DNA of 58,562 nucleotides from a bacterium (GTDB lineage Bacteria; Patescibacteriota; Minisyncoccia; CAIUEV01): NCBI GenBank assembly GCA_021779915.1, contig JAJXZR010000008.1, positions 1 through 58,562 on the forward strand. The letters are read 5' to 3'. The position numbers and the translations under genes are program-made. The first letter of the stretch is position 1. Each line of letters begins with the position of its first letter. The notes under the pieces were generated by a model. The model was not told where the DNA came from. It worked only from the letters and a program-made list of their open reading frames with translations, and did no database searches. This document shows positions 43,607-53,671 of the stretch, one piece after another.

Positions 43607-44311
43607 TCACTGATTTTGAGATGGTTGGCTTGTGCCAGCCTGGCTAAAATCCGTTTTTAAAACTAAAGGATTGATCGTTAAATCCATTGTAAAGTCAATC
43701 GTACCACTTCCCGAATCTTGAGGCGTCGCACCATCGATTGCGCCTCCATCGCTTGTCATATCTGTTTTCTTAAGAGAAATATTTTGTATCTTAACGTCTG
43801 AAGCGAAAGCCTTGTCCCCGCCTTCCCTAAAAGCCGCCACCTGTCTTGCAAGATTGTTAAGTCCAACTGTTTTTCCTTTAAGGGTGATTTTATAAAATGA
43901 ACTTTCCGATTGTCCTTTTCCAGAAAAACCTATCTGATTGCTATTATCCTCTTTTTTTGCTTCCAAATTTTCAAATACTATTTCCTGAACTGTGTTTTGT
44001 TCAAGTTTTTGAAAAAAATTATCCCAATTCGTCCTTTCTTTAATTACCTCTTTAGCAGACTGTAAGCGACTTTCAAGATCAACTACATAAGCGATTTTTT
44101 TATAATCTCTTCCAGATTTCATGGAATTTAAATTTTTTTGAATTTCATTCGCTTGAGATTTGTTTACACTATCTAAAGCATAAGCTCCTCCCCAGCAAAC
44201 CAAGGTAGCAATTGCAATAGCCAGAGCCCCTTTCCAAGGAAAAGGAACTTCTTTTTTGGCATCAACCAAATTCGTATTTGAAACTACAATTCCTTGTCTT
44301 AAATCCATCAT
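43607..44311 (-). CDS. pilN: PilN-like pilus assembly protein
   Basis: A short cytoplasmic N-terminus, TM (GALAIAIATLVCWGGAYAL), and location immediately downstream of pilM. Confidence 0.5.
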   Translation of the reverse strand: MMDLRQGIVVSNTNLVDAKKEVPFPWKGALAIAIATLVCWGGAYALDSVNKSQANEIQKNLNSMKSGRDYKKIAYVVDLESRLQSAKEVIKERTNWDNFFQKLEQNTVQEIVFENLEAKKEDNSNQIGFSGKGQSESSFYKITLKGKTVGLNNLARQVAAFREGGDKAFASDVKIQNISLKKTDMTSDGGAIDGATPQDSGSGTIDFTMDLTINPLVLKTDFSQAGTSQPSQNQ

Positions 44312-44380
44312 TTGGATATGGTTATATTGTTATATTAATAATTCCTTCACGCGTAACTCTTTGAAAAGAATCTTTTTGTC

Positions 44381-45454
44381 TTATATTTCGGTTTCTTCTT
44401 TCTTAAGTGCCAAGCCTACCGATATTGAAAATGCGACTCCTTTTTCACGCAAAAGATTTTTTATATTTTCATCCACTTCTACTTTACTCCACGGATCCCC
44501 TACCTGAGTATGAATACCAAGACGATTCACAAAAAGTTCAGTAATCCCCTTTAATCCAGCCGTCCCACCGCTTAAAATAACTTCTTGAATTTCTTTATTA
44601 GGATTTTTATTTTTGTACACCGAGATTACTCTTTTTAATTCTTCAATAATATTACCCAAAACCGGGGTGAGCAACTCTGAAACTTGTTTATTAAGAAGGC
44701 CTTCATTTCTTTTTAATTCATCGGCTCTTTCATAAGTTATATCGATACTCCTTGCCAAAACTTCCGTAAGATCATCTCCTCCTACCCCAATATTTCGAGC
44801 TCCTCGGAGGCTACCGTTGGAAACCACCAAAATATTACATACCCTCGATCCGATGTCTAGAATTATGGATGTTTTTTTTATGTCTGTCGCAAGAGATCTA
44901 AGTAAAGGAAACGCTTCCACCTCCAAATTTTTTAATTTTAATCCACTCATTTGGGCGATCTCTCGATAACGTGCCACAATATCTTTTGGCACCGCCAGGA
45001 GCAACACTTTCATTTTGTTTTGATCTCGAATATTAGCAATTTCCTTCTCTGACGGTTCATCAATCACTTCCCATCCAAGAACAACTTCCTCTAAGGAAAC
45101 AGGAATAAATTTCTGGGCTTCCATCAGCAAAGACTGCTTGATATTCTCCTTGTCAACCCTAGGCATCGTGACAAAAGATATAAAACTGGAGAAAGCCGGT
45201 ACCGAAAAAGAAGAATTGGTAGTTCTAATTTTTCCCTCTCGAAGAGCGGCCTTAAGAAGGGACGCCACTTCATTTTTTGTTATTCTTCTTTCCCTTTCTT
45301 TTTGGGGAAGATTTTCCCTAAAACCAACGGTTACATAATTTATAAGCCTCGGTGGCTTACCGGAAGAATTATGCTCCAATTCAATGATTTTAATACCGGA
45401 AGTTCCAATATCTATCCCTAAATTATGGTTTCCCCCTCCAAAAATTCCCCACAT
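44381..45454 (-). CDS. pilM: Type IV pilus assembly ATPase-fold protein PilM
   Basis: Actin-like fold motifs LGIDIGTSGIKIIELE, ILDIGSRVCNI and LSGGTAGLKG. Confidence 0.85.
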   Translation of the reverse strand: MWGIFGGGNHNLGIDIGTSGIKIIELEHNSSGKPPRLINYVTVGFRENLPQKERERRITKNEVASLLKAALREGKIRTTNSSFSVPAFSSFISFVTMPRVDKENIKQSLLMEAQKFIPVSLEEVVLGWEVIDEPSEKEIANIRDQNKMKVLLLAVPKDIVARYREIAQMSGLKLKNLEVEAFPLLRSLATDIKKTSIILDIGSRVCNILVVSNGSLRGARNIGVGGDDLTEVLARSIDITYERADELKRNEGLLNKQVSELLTPVLGNIIEELKRVISVYKNKNPNKEIQEVILSGGTAGLKGITELFVNRLGIHTQVGDPWSKVEVDENIKNLLREKGVAFSISVGLALKKEETEI

Positions 45455-45622
45455 ATTATTTATATTTTTATTTAATATTTACCTGATTTATTTCTAAACC
45501 TCTTGCGGAATATAACACAAAATAAAAAAAGAAGAAACTAAACCGATTTGTTGTCTTTTTAATTGTAGGTAATAAATAAAAAGAGTCAAATAAATAAGAA
45601 TTAAAATTTCAAATTAAATATT

Positions 45623-46120
45623 GTGCCTGACATTCAAAACACCCTTAATAACAAAATCGAAGGTGAAACTGAGTCAAGAGTTAATAATTTTGAAGAAAGC
45701 AGAAGAACTGACCGACTGCGCTCGATGGAAAGAAAAGTCCAAACCGATATAATAAGACAAACAGCTTCCAAAAGAAAGGCTATTTCTATGGGACAATCTC
45801 TTGATAAAGGTTTGCGGTCACCCTCTTTGGATTATGACGGCAATCAAAAAATAGTTTTTATTTTAGGACTCACCCTCTGTCTTGTAAATGATTTTATTGA
45901 TTTGGTTCTCTGGCAAAATGTTTTTCTGCTAAATCAAGTGTTGGATTTAACCGCTCTTTTTCTCCTTTTATTGCTTCTAACCTTTTTTAGTAAGTCTTAT
46001 CCTTTGACTGTTTTTTTGATTATAACAGTATTCGTCCTTGAAATTGTTCCCGTTCTTGGGGTACTGCCTTTTTGGACGATTGGAATAATTTTTTGGTATG
46101 CTATAAACAAAAAAAGTTGA
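45623..46120 (+). CDS. Hypothetical membrane protein
   Basis: GTG start, a basic N-terminal half and three predicted TM segments in the C-terminal half. No motif recognised. Confidence 0.4.
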   Translation: MPDIQNTLNNKIEGETESRVNNFEESRRTDRLRSMERKVQTDIIRQTASKRKAISMGQSLDKGLRSPSLDYDGNQKIVFILGLTLCLVNDFIDLVLWQNVFLLNQVLDLTALFLLLLLLTFFSKSYPLTVFLIITVFVLEIVPVLGVLPFWTIGIIFWYAINKKS

Positions 46121-46232
46121 AAATGTGAAAATCAAAATTTGAAAAACGTTTTTTAAAAACTATGATTTTCTTATAGGAAATCCCCTAGTTTTTAAAAAAC
46201 GTTTTTCAAATTTTGATTTTCACATTTTCAAC
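46116..46232. repeat. Perfect 46-bp inverted repeat with 25-nt apex (family partner of 20640-20744)
   Basis: 46116-46161 gttgaaaatgtgaaaatcaaaatttgaaaaacgttttttaaaaact is the exact reverse complement of 46187-46232. The apex atgattttcttataggaaatcccct is 22/25 identical in reverse complement to the apex at 20681-20705. Confidence 0.9.
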
Positions 46233-46310
46233 TTACTAATATTTGCTTTATCCATTATTATCCAGTAAATTAAGAATTGCATTTCATAAATTATTAACAA
46301 AAATACCACT

Positions 46311-48440
46311 ATGCCCCGAGACTATTCTCTTGAAAAAACCAGAAATATAGGCATTATCGCCCACATTGATGCCGGAAAGACTACAACAACAGAACGAATC
46401 CTCTTTTTTACAGGCATAACGCATAAAATTGGGGAAGTTCATGAAGGAGAAGCCACGATGGACTGGATGGAACAAGAAAAAGAAAGAGGAATAACCATAA
46501 CTGCCGCTGCGACTACTTGTTTCTGGTCTCCTTCGATTTACGACAAGAACGGGATTATTACAAAAAACAAAAAAGATTACCGGATCAACATCATTGACAC
46601 TCCTGGACACGTTGATTTTACTGTGGAAGTGGAAAGATCTCTTAGGGTTCTTGATGGAGGAGTGGTTGTTTTTGACGGAAAAATGGGAGTCGAACCCCAA
46701 TCAGAAACTGTTTGGCGCCAAGCCGACAAGTATAGTGTTCCCCGTATTTGTTTTATTAACAAAATCAATCAAACCGGAGGAGATTTTTATATGAGTCTCA
46801 AATCGATTCAAGAACGCTTGAGCCCGAACGCCGTCGCAATTAGTCTTCCGATTGGAGAAGAACAGAAAATCAGTGGCTTGGTGGACTTGGTTAATATGAA
46901 AGCTTATGTTTATGAAGATATTCACTCACCGGAAATAAAAGAAACCGAAATTCCTGAAGAATTGAAAGCTAAAGCCGAGGAATACCGGGCAATCCTCACC
47001 GAAAAAGTGGCCGAGACAGATGACAAACTAATCGAGGTTTTCTTGGAAGACGGAAAGCTTTCTGACGAAGAATTGCGTTACGCCCTTCGAAAAGCGACTC
47101 TCCAAAACAAAATTTTTCCTGTTTCCGGAGGCGATTCCCGCACTGCTATTGTCACAAAGCTCCTCGATATGGTGATAGATTTCTTGCCATCTCCAATTGA
47201 TGTTCCTGCTGTTACTGGGATCGATCCCAACACTAAAGAAACCATCACAAGAGAACCCAGTGACGACGCTCCTTTCTCCGCTCTTGCCTTCAAACTAGCA
47301 ACAGACCCATTTGTGGGAAACCTTTGTTTTTTCAGAGTTTACTCCGGCCGTCTTCAAGCTGGAAGTTACATCTTGAACGTTACCAAAGACCAAAAAGAGA
47401 GAGTGGGACGAATAGTCCGTCTTCATGCCAACAAAAGAGAGGATGTCCAGGAAGTTTTCGCCGGAGATATTGCTGCCATTGTGGGACTTAAAAACACCAC
47501 TACCGGTGATACTCTTTGTTATGAAAATGATCCAGTTATCCTTGAGAAAATGGAATTTCCTGAACCAGTTATCAATGCCTCGGTCGAACCGAAAACTAAG
47601 GCTGATCAGGAAAAAATGAGTTTGGCTCTAAAAAAACTTTCCGACGAAGATCCCACTTTTCGAGTGCATACCGACGAAGAAACCGCTGAAACAATCATAT
47701 CGGGCATGGGAGAATTACATCTGGAAATTATTGCGGATCGAATGAAAAGAGAATTCAAGGTTGAAGCCACTCTCGGAAAACCGCGTGTAGCCTATAAAGA
47801 AACTATTGAAAAAACTGCAGAGGCAGAGGGAAAATACATTAAACAAAGTGGTGGAAGGGGACAATATGGGCATGTATTCTTGCGATTAGATCCCCAAGAA
47901 AGCGGTAAAGGATTTGAATTTTTCAATATAATTAAAGGTGCTTCTATTCCCAATGAATATATCCCCGCCGTCGAAAAAGGAGTCAAGGAAGCCTTGGGAA
48001 GTGGAGTAATTGCTGGATATCCAGTGGTGGACGTTAAAGCCACTCTCTTCGATGGAACCTACCACGAAGTTGACTCCTCGGAAGCCGCTTTTAAAATCGC
48101 CGCTTCGATGGCTTTTAAAGAAACTATGCGTAAAGCCGGACCTTACATTATCGAACCGGTTATGCGAGTGGAAGTAGTTACCCCAGAGCAATTCATGGGA
48201 GATGTAGTAGGGGATTTAAACTCAAGAAGAGGCCAAATCGAAAATATGGAAGACCGAGTGCAAGGAGTTTTGCGCCTTAAAATTATTGTTTCTAAAGTGC
48301 CTCTTTCCAATATGTTCGGCTACGCCACTCAACTTCGCTCCATGACTCAAGGAAGAGCCAGTTACAGCATGGAATTCAGCAATTACAGCAAAGTACCAGA
48401 AAATGTTTCGAAAGAAATTGTTGAGGGAAAAAGGAAATAG
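46311..48440 (+). CDS. fusA: Translation elongation factor G
   Basis: [37 protein letters not shown]-equivalent INKIN, and all five domains collinear with EF-G. Confidence 0.95.
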   Translation: MPRDYSLEKTRNIGIIAHIDAGKTTTTERILFFTGITHKIGEVHEGEATMDWMEQEKERGITITAAATTCFWSPSIYDKNGIITKNKKDYRINIIDTPGHVDFTVEVERSLRVLDGGVVVFDGKMGVEPQSETVWRQADKYSVPRICFINKINQTGGDFYMSLKSIQERLSPNAVAISLPIGEEQKISGLVDLVNMKAYVYEDIHSPEIKETEIPEELKAKAEEYRAILTEKVAETDDKLIEVFLEDGKLSDEELRYALRKATLQNKIFPVSGGDSRTAIVTKLLDMVIDFLPSPIDVPAVTGIDPNTKETITREPSDDAPFSALAFKLATDPFVGNLCFFRVYSGRLQAGSYILNVTKDQKERVGRIVRLHANKREDVQEVFAGDIAAIVGLKNTTTGDTLCYENDPVILEKMEFPEPVINASVEPKTKADQEKMSLALKKLSDEDPTFRVHTDEETAETIISGMGELHLEIIADRMKREFKVEATLGKPRVAYKETIEKTAEAEGKYIKQSGGRGQYGHVFLRLDPQESGKGFEFFNIIKGASIPNEYIPAVEKGVKEALGSGVIAGYPVVDVKATLFDGTYHEVDSSEAAFKIAASMAFKETMRKAGPYIIEPVMRVEVVTPEQFMGDVVGDLNSRRGQIENMEDRVQGVLRLKIIVSKVPLSNMFGYATQLRSMTQGRASYSMEFSNYSKVPENVSKEIVEGKRK

Positions 48441-48492
48441 TAACAAAAACGAATAATTTATTTATCGATAATCAAAATTAGTCTGTATCACT

Positions 48493-48769
48493 GTGTCATC
48501 CCGGGCTTGACCCGGGATCCAGGAGAGTAGAAAATTACTCTAATTGACCTAATTATACTAATTAACCTAAAAAAGCACCAACTAAATAAATCGATTTAAG
48601 ATTTAGGATTTAAGGAAAATATCAAAATAAAAATATTCTTAAATCTTAAATCTTTTCTTAGAATTTTGTTTAGAATAACCTGCCTGCCGGTAGGCAGATT
48701 AGGTTAATTAGAGTAATTAGAATAATTAGTGAGACTAACCTAGATCCCGGGTCAAGTCCGGGATGACAC
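48493..48769. mobile_element. MITE-like element copy F (subfamily 1, long form)
   Basis: The left end is gtgtcatcccgggcttgacccgggatccaggag. The right end is cctagatcccgggtcaagtccgggatgacac. The interior carries its own word palindrome (gatttaagatttaggatttaagg...cttaaatcttaaatc) and a ctgcct-gccggt-aggcag hairpin. Confidence 0.8.
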
Positions 48770-48815
48770 GTTAGATCTAATATAACATGTTTTATCTATT
48801 TTTCACTTCAAACAA

Positions 48816-49277
48816 ATGCCCAAGAACAACTCTTCTTTCCTTCTCCAAATGGTCACTCCTGAGCAAATTATCTATCAGCAGATGGCTCAAAAGTTGATTG
48901 TTTCCACTCTTGAAGGAGAAATTACTATTCTTCCCCAACACACTTCTTTGGTAGCCGCCATTAAACCTGGCGAGGTTCATATCTTGGAAGCAAGCCAATC
49001 TGGCAATTCCAAAAAAGAAAGACTAATGGTCATATCTGAAGGAGTAGTAGAAGTCTTGGACAATAAAGTTCGTCTTTTAGTTCAAACTGCCGACAGAGTG
49101 GAAGAATTAAATAGACAAAAAATATTGGAAGCTAAAAAACTGGCTGAAGAAATGATTGAAAAAGCTAGAAAAAAAGGAGATATCGACGAAAAAAACTTTG
49201 CCGATCTTGAGTCCACCCTTCAAAGAGAGATCGCCAGACTCAAAGTTTATGACAGATATAGAAAAAACCGGGGATAG
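48816..49277 (+). CDS. atpC: F-type ATP synthase epsilon subunit-like protein (no other atp genes in the window)
   Basis: LQMVTPEQIIYQQMAQKLIVSTLEGEITILPQHTSLVAAIKPGEVHI fits the epsilon N-terminal beta-sandwich pattern (l.ivtPe......v..v.....G..giL..H.p....l.pG.v.i), followed by a helical C-terminus. Confidence 0.7.
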   Translation: MPKNNSSFLLQMVTPEQIIYQQMAQKLIVSTLEGEITILPQHTSLVAAIKPGEVHILEASQSGNSKKERLMVISEGVVEVLDNKVRLLVQTADRVEELNRQKILEAKKLAEEMIEKARKKGDIDEKNFADLESTLQREIARLKVYDRYRKNRG

Positions 49278-49283
49278 CCATAG

Positions 49284-49405
49284 AAATGACTAATGACTAA
49301 TGGCTAATGACTAATTTTGGAGTTCGCTACCGCTCACATTTTAATTGAAAGTCGCCTTTGGCGACACTTTAATTCGTCATTCGACATTCGTCATTTTTTA
49401 TTCAT
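49284..49405. repeat. Intergenic foldback palindrome with double-hairpin core
   Basis: Arms atgactaatgactaatggctaatgactaatt / aattcgtcattcgacattcgtcatt flank the core ggagttcgctaccgctcacattttaattgaaagtcgcctttggcgacac (49319-49367). Confidence 0.7.
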
Positions 49406-50999
49406 TCCCCATTTTCTCCTGATTTGCGCCTTCTTCGGTCAGGAAAAATCCCCCATTATCTTTTTGAAAAACATCTTGAACATTTTTCCCTATTATAACG
49501 ACAAAGTCGGCTTGACTCTGATCTTCTTTGTAAAGAGAAACTTGCGAGCCGAGCCTTCTAATAAGATCATCTAGAGTAAACGGTTTACTGCCAAGAGCAT
49601 TGTCATAAATTACCGTTTTTTCCAAGGAATTTGGGTTGATTTCAGACTTGCTGATTAAACTGTCTGAGGAAAGACTTTTAATGTTTTCACTGGAAATCAC
49701 CGGTAACTTAGCTCCAAGAGTTCTTTGCCAGAGATGTACTGGGCTAAAGGCAAAACTTTCGTTGATCACACCATAACCTTGAGTCCGCAAGAAATTTTCA
49801 ATTTTCAACTTGTAGTCCGAAAGGCTGTCAGGAGCAAACACCGAAACTTTAGCATTCTCCGAGATTCTCGCTTTGTCCTGTCTGTCCATTTTGCCTAAAT
49901 CAAAAATATAACTGGCAATTCTTTGGATTTGATAATAATTTCCAGCTTTAGGACGAAGCGTAGAGGCAACAACCCCCCCTACGACTGGATTATAATTTTC
50001 CAGAACTCCACCTGCCGAATTATCCAAAACTTTATTGACCACTTGATGGATATTGACTTCTTTGATGAGCATCAAAAATGGCAAATAGTCGGAAAAAGCG
50101 CAATCAGTCTTAACATTATCCTTTATAATTTCAAGTAGGCCACTAAAAAACCCCAAGCCCTCAGTTATTCCTCTTTGCTCGAAAAATTTGGCTTTAAGAG
50201 CTTCTAAAACCTGTTGCTGTCTTTTTGCCCTGCCAAAATCTCCTCCCTCGGTATGTCTTACTCTTACAAATTTTAACGCGGTCGCCCCATCCAAATGGTG
50301 TATTCCTTTGCTAATTTGAAAGGTTTGATAACTATAATTGGGTCCAGGGTATCGGTTGTCATAAATATCAGTTTCTGAGTTCACATCCACTCCCCCAACC
50401 GAATCAATTACTTTCTCAAAAGCCTTAAAATCAATCATAACGTAATAATCTATTTTTTGGCCGGTAACTTCGCCAATCACTCTTTTTAAAAGTTCCATCC
50501 CTTTTTGATGTCCGCCTTGTTTCAAGCCGTAGGCGTAAATTGCATTAATTTTGGTATAACTTTTCGTATCCGGAACATTCACAAAAAGATCTCGTGGAAT
50601 TGAAAGGAGCGACCCTTGATAGGTAGCGGGGTTTATACTGGCTAAAATTATAGTGTCAGTCAAATTACTCCCCGGATAATCATCGCTCGCTTTTCCCAGG
50701 AGAAGAATATTTATTCGATCACTTGTTCCTCGAGATGGTAATTTTTTGCTTTCCACATAATTAAGGGGATTGAAACTATTTTCCTCTTTCTTGGAAGGAA
50801 TGGGAGTCTCTTCCTCTGCTGGGAGTATTGAATCATCTGGTTTATTATAAGATAGATTCAACGGAGAATCTTGATAATCAAAACTAATTGTTTTGGAAAC
50901 CATCCAAATCTTGTGAAAAAAATAACCAGCCGTTGTCCCAAGAACAGCAATGGGGACAATAATAAGAATAAAAATGATAATTTTGGTTCGTTTGGACAT
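49398..50999 (-). CDS. LytR-CpsA-Psr (LCP) family cell-envelope transferase with C-terminal LytR_C-like domain
   Basis: N-terminal TM. INILLLGKASD...LTDTIILASINP, SIPRDLFVNVP and KINAIYAYG match the LCP core. Confidence 0.8.
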   Translation of the reverse strand: MSKRTKIIIFILIIVPIAVLGTTAGYFFHKIWMVSKTISFDYQDSPLNLSYNKPDDSILPAEEETPIPSKKEENSFNPLNYVESKKLPSRGTSDRINILLLGKASDDYPGSNLTDTIILASINPATYQGSLLSIPRDLFVNVPDTKSYTKINAIYAYGLKQGGHQKGMELLKRVIGEVTGQKIDYYVMIDFKAFEKVIDSVGGVDVNSETDIYDNRYPGPNYSYQTFQISKGIHHLDGATALKFVRVRHTEGGDFGRAKRQQQVLEALKAKFFEQRGITEGLGFFSGLLEIIKDNVKTDCAFSDYLPFLMLIKEVNIHQVVNKVLDNSAGGVLENYNPVVGGVVASTLRPKAGNYYQIQRIASYIFDLGKMDRQDKARISENAKVSVFAPDSLSDYKLKIENFLRTQGYGVINESFAFSPVHLWQRTLGAKLPVISSENIKSLSSDSLISKSEINPNSLEKTVIYDNALGSKPFTLDDLIRRLGSQVSLYKEDQSQADFVVIIGKNVQDVFQKDNGGFFLTEEGANQEKMGNE

Positions 51000-51013
51000 A
51001 GATTAAATAATTT

Positions 51014-51886
51014 TCAATTGAAAATTTTTCTCGCATTTTCCACTGTCGCCTCCGCCACCTCCTCAAAACTCAATCCCTTGATTTCTCCAACCTTCCTCGC
51101 TACCTCTTTCACGTAAATCGATTCGTTTCTTTTCCCTCGATAAGGAACTGGGGCAAGCCAAGGCGAGTCTGTTTCTAGAACTATTCTATCAAGAGGAATG
51201 TTTTTTACCAATTCCTCATAGGCATCCGTAAAAGTAATAATTCCATTAAAACCAAAATAAAAACCCAGTTTCAAAAATTCCCGCATAATCTCTAAATTAG
51301 CCGAAAAACAATGAATAATTCCAGGAACTTTTACTAATTGATTTTTATTCTCTCTCAAAATATCAAGCATATCGTGGTAAGCATCATAATCCTTTAATGG
51401 TCTACAATGCAGGATTAAAGGCTTTTTATATTCAAAAGCTAATTTTATTTGGGAAACAAAAATTCCTTTTTGTTTTTGACGTAATTTTTCTTGAAGAATG
51501 GGATCAAATTTGCGAATATGAAAATAATCCAAGCCAACTTCTCCTACCGCTAAAACTTTGTCGGAACTCTTGATTAGATTTCCGTAAAATTGAGGGTCGA
51601 AATCTTCCGCTTTAGTGATAAATTCTACTTTTTCGCCATTTACTGTTTCTTCCAGTTTATCATCATAAGTGTGAATGGGATGAAGCCCTACCGCAGCATA
51701 AACGCCCTCTGGATATTTCTGTGCTATCTCAACTGCTCTTTTACTGGTACGGTTTTCCGCCCCCACATTCACAAACCAAACGTCATTTTCCAAAGTTTTT
51801 TTCATTATTTCTTCGGAATCATCCCTAAAAGCGTTAAAATTAAAATGGGTATGGGTATCAAAAAGTTTCGGGGGCATGATAATCAT
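51014..51886 (-). CDS. tatD: TatD-family metal-dependent hydrolase/DNase
   Basis: LFDTHTHFNF (HxH metal site), GEVGLDY, LILHCR, HCFS and ETDSPWLAP. Confidence 0.85.
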   Translation of the reverse strand: MIIMPPKLFDTHTHFNFNAFRDDSEEIMKKTLENDVWFVNVGAENRTSKRAVEIAQKYPEGVYAAVGLHPIHTYDDKLEETVNGEKVEFITKAEDFDPQFYGNLIKSSDKVLAVGEVGLDYFHIRKFDPILQEKLRQKQKGIFVSQIKLAFEYKKPLILHCRPLKDYDAYHDMLDILRENKNQLVKVPGIIHCFSANLEIMREFLKLGFYFGFNGIITFTDAYEELVKNIPLDRIVLETDSPWLAPVPYRGKRNESIYVKEVARKVGEIKGLSFEEVAEATVENARKIFN

Positions 51887-51927
51887 TTAAAAATACCTTT
51901 AGATTATAATTTCTATTTATATAAAAT

Positions 51928-51954
51928 AAAAAACCTCGCTTGGTTCAAGCGAGG
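51928..51954 (-). terminator. Rho-independent terminator after the 71-aa ORF
   Basis: Minus strand cctcgc-ttgaaccaa-gcgagg followed by tttttt. Confidence 0.65.
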
Positions 51955-51961
51955 CGATTGC

Positions 51962-52177
51962 TCAATAATCATCTTTAGATTCTAAAGAATCTTCAATTTC
52001 CAGATTTTCATAATAAACAGCTACCCATTTAGAATACCTTTTGGAGCACTTAAAGCATTCATCAATGTGATCGAGAAACTTTTCGTGCCTTTCCAAGTTC
52101 TCCTCGCTAATAATTAGCCCGGGGTCAACCAACCAATCAAAAAAGTCTTTCTCAGAAAGACATTCATCTTTTTTCAT
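51962..52177 (-). CDS. Small acidic hypothetical protein downstream of secY
   Basis: A 71-aa ORF 14 nt after the secY stop, followed by a terminator. No motif recognised. Confidence 0.35.
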   Translation of the reverse strand: MKKDECLSEKDFFDWLVDPGLIISEENLERHEKFLDHIDECFKCSKRYSKWVAVYYENLEIEDSLESKDDY

Positions 52178-52191
52178 CTTGCCCTCCTTTT

Positions 52192-53475
52192 TTAACTTTT
52201 CAAGAATCCATCATAATCCCGCATCACAAGCTGGCTGTCGATTTGTTTCATAGAATCGAGCGCTACGGAAACGGCAATGAGCAGGCTGGTTCCTCCAATA
52301 CTCATAGCTTGAATATGAGTGAGACCCTGAACGATGTAGGGCAAAACCGCAATGGTTCCAAGAAACAAAGCACCAGCTAAAGTAATTCGGTTGAGCACTT
52401 TTTGCAGATAGTCCGAAGTGGTTCTTCCAGGTCTGATTCCGGGAATATATCCTCCTTGTTTTTGTAAATTTTCTCCCACTTTATTCGGTTCAAAAGTGAC
52501 CATTGTATAAAAATAAGTAAAAGCCACTACTAGAACAAAATAAGAAATGCCATAAACCCATTGATCTTGCATAACTGCCGAAACTTTGAGCGCAATCGCC
52601 TTGATTTTATCACTTCCTACCGTACTCAAAACATTCGCCCCCATCCTGGGAAGAAGCAGGATCGACATTGCAAAAATGATTGGTATGACTCCCGCTTGAT
52701 TAACTCGAAGAGGCAAATAGGAACTGGAACTAGTCATTCCTCTTCCACTTAAACGCCTGGCATAAGTAACTGGAATATTCCTTTGTCCCTCAGTCACAAA
52801 AACTACGCCGGCAATAACCAGAACTGAAGCTGCTGCAAACATCATATAAGCAAAAAGTTGCGAAGAATCCCAAGTTGAAATAAATCCTTTAAAAGCAGTT
52901 GGGATATTGGTAATAATTCCCGTAAAAATAATTAATGAGATTCCATTTCCAATCCCCTTTTCGGTAATGAGCTCTCCAATCCACATCAAAAGCATTGTTC
53001 CAGCTAAAACGATAATGATCGTTTTAGCAAGTTGAAACCCTGTAAGGTTGTTAATAACATTTTGACTCTTAAGAAGAGTGATCATACCGAAACTTTGAAC
53101 AATGGCAAAAGGCACCGTTAAAATTCTGGTTACTTGATTAAATTTTCTACGTCCTGCTTCTCCTTCCTCTCGATACCATTTCTCTACAGTTGGAATAATG
53201 ACTGTCATCAATTGCATTACGATAGAAGAAGTAATGTAGGGACCAACCCCCATCATCACCAATGAAAAGTTATCCATTCCAGCTCCTGAAAATACATTTA
53301 TGAGTCCAAACAACTGATTACCACTAAAGAAACTGTGGAGCTTTTCTATGTTCACTCCAGGAACCGGCACCGCCGCAATAACTCGAAAAACTACTAGCAT
53401 TAGAAAGACAAAAATTATTTTGTTTCTAAGCTCGGTCAATTTCCAAATCTTTTTAATTTTAGAGAGCACTTTCAT
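52192..53475 (-). CDS. secY: Preprotein translocase subunit SecY
   Basis: 10-TM architecture with ELRNKI.F....L.V.R....PVPG, GALFLGTIAVLP and GGTSLLI.V.VALD. Confidence 0.95.
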   Translation of the reverse strand: MKVLSKIKKIWKLTELRNKIIFVFLMLVVFRVIAAVPVPGVNIEKLHSFFSGNQLFGLINVFSGAGMDNFSLVMMGVGPYITSSIVMQLMTVIIPTVEKWYREEGEAGRRKFNQVTRILTVPFAIVQSFGMITLLKSQNVINNLTGFQLAKTIIIVLAGTMLLMWIGELITEKGIGNGISLIIFTGIITNIPTAFKGFISTWDSSQLFAYMMFAAASVLVIAGVVFVTEGQRNIPVTYARRLSGRGMTSSSSYLPLRVNQAGVIPIIFAMSILLLPRMGANVLSTVGSDKIKAIALKVSAVMQDQWVYGISYFVLVVAFTYFYTMVTFEPNKVGENLQKQGGYIPGIRPGRTTSDYLQKVLNRITLAGALFLGTIAVLPYIVQGLTHIQAMSIGGTSLLIAVSVALDSMKQIDSQLVMRDYDGFLKS

Positions 53476-53671
53476 TTTTTCGTGTTTCGTAAAAGTTTAT
53501 TAAAATATCAATTAGATTTGAAAAACTATTAATTTCAAACAGAAAAAACAAATCCCCGACCACAGTTGGTTAATCGAGAAAATATAATTTATACTGAGGG
53601 AAAAATATATTGTCTGTTTAATACCTTTTCTTTAGAACACTTTAGCCTATTAATATTTAAAAAACAAATAA

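Noticed and set aside
49317-49574. An 85-aa plus-strand ORF at the atpC/LCP junction.
   Set aside because: It runs through the foldback palindrome and then antisense to the conserved C-terminus of the LCP gene. No support.
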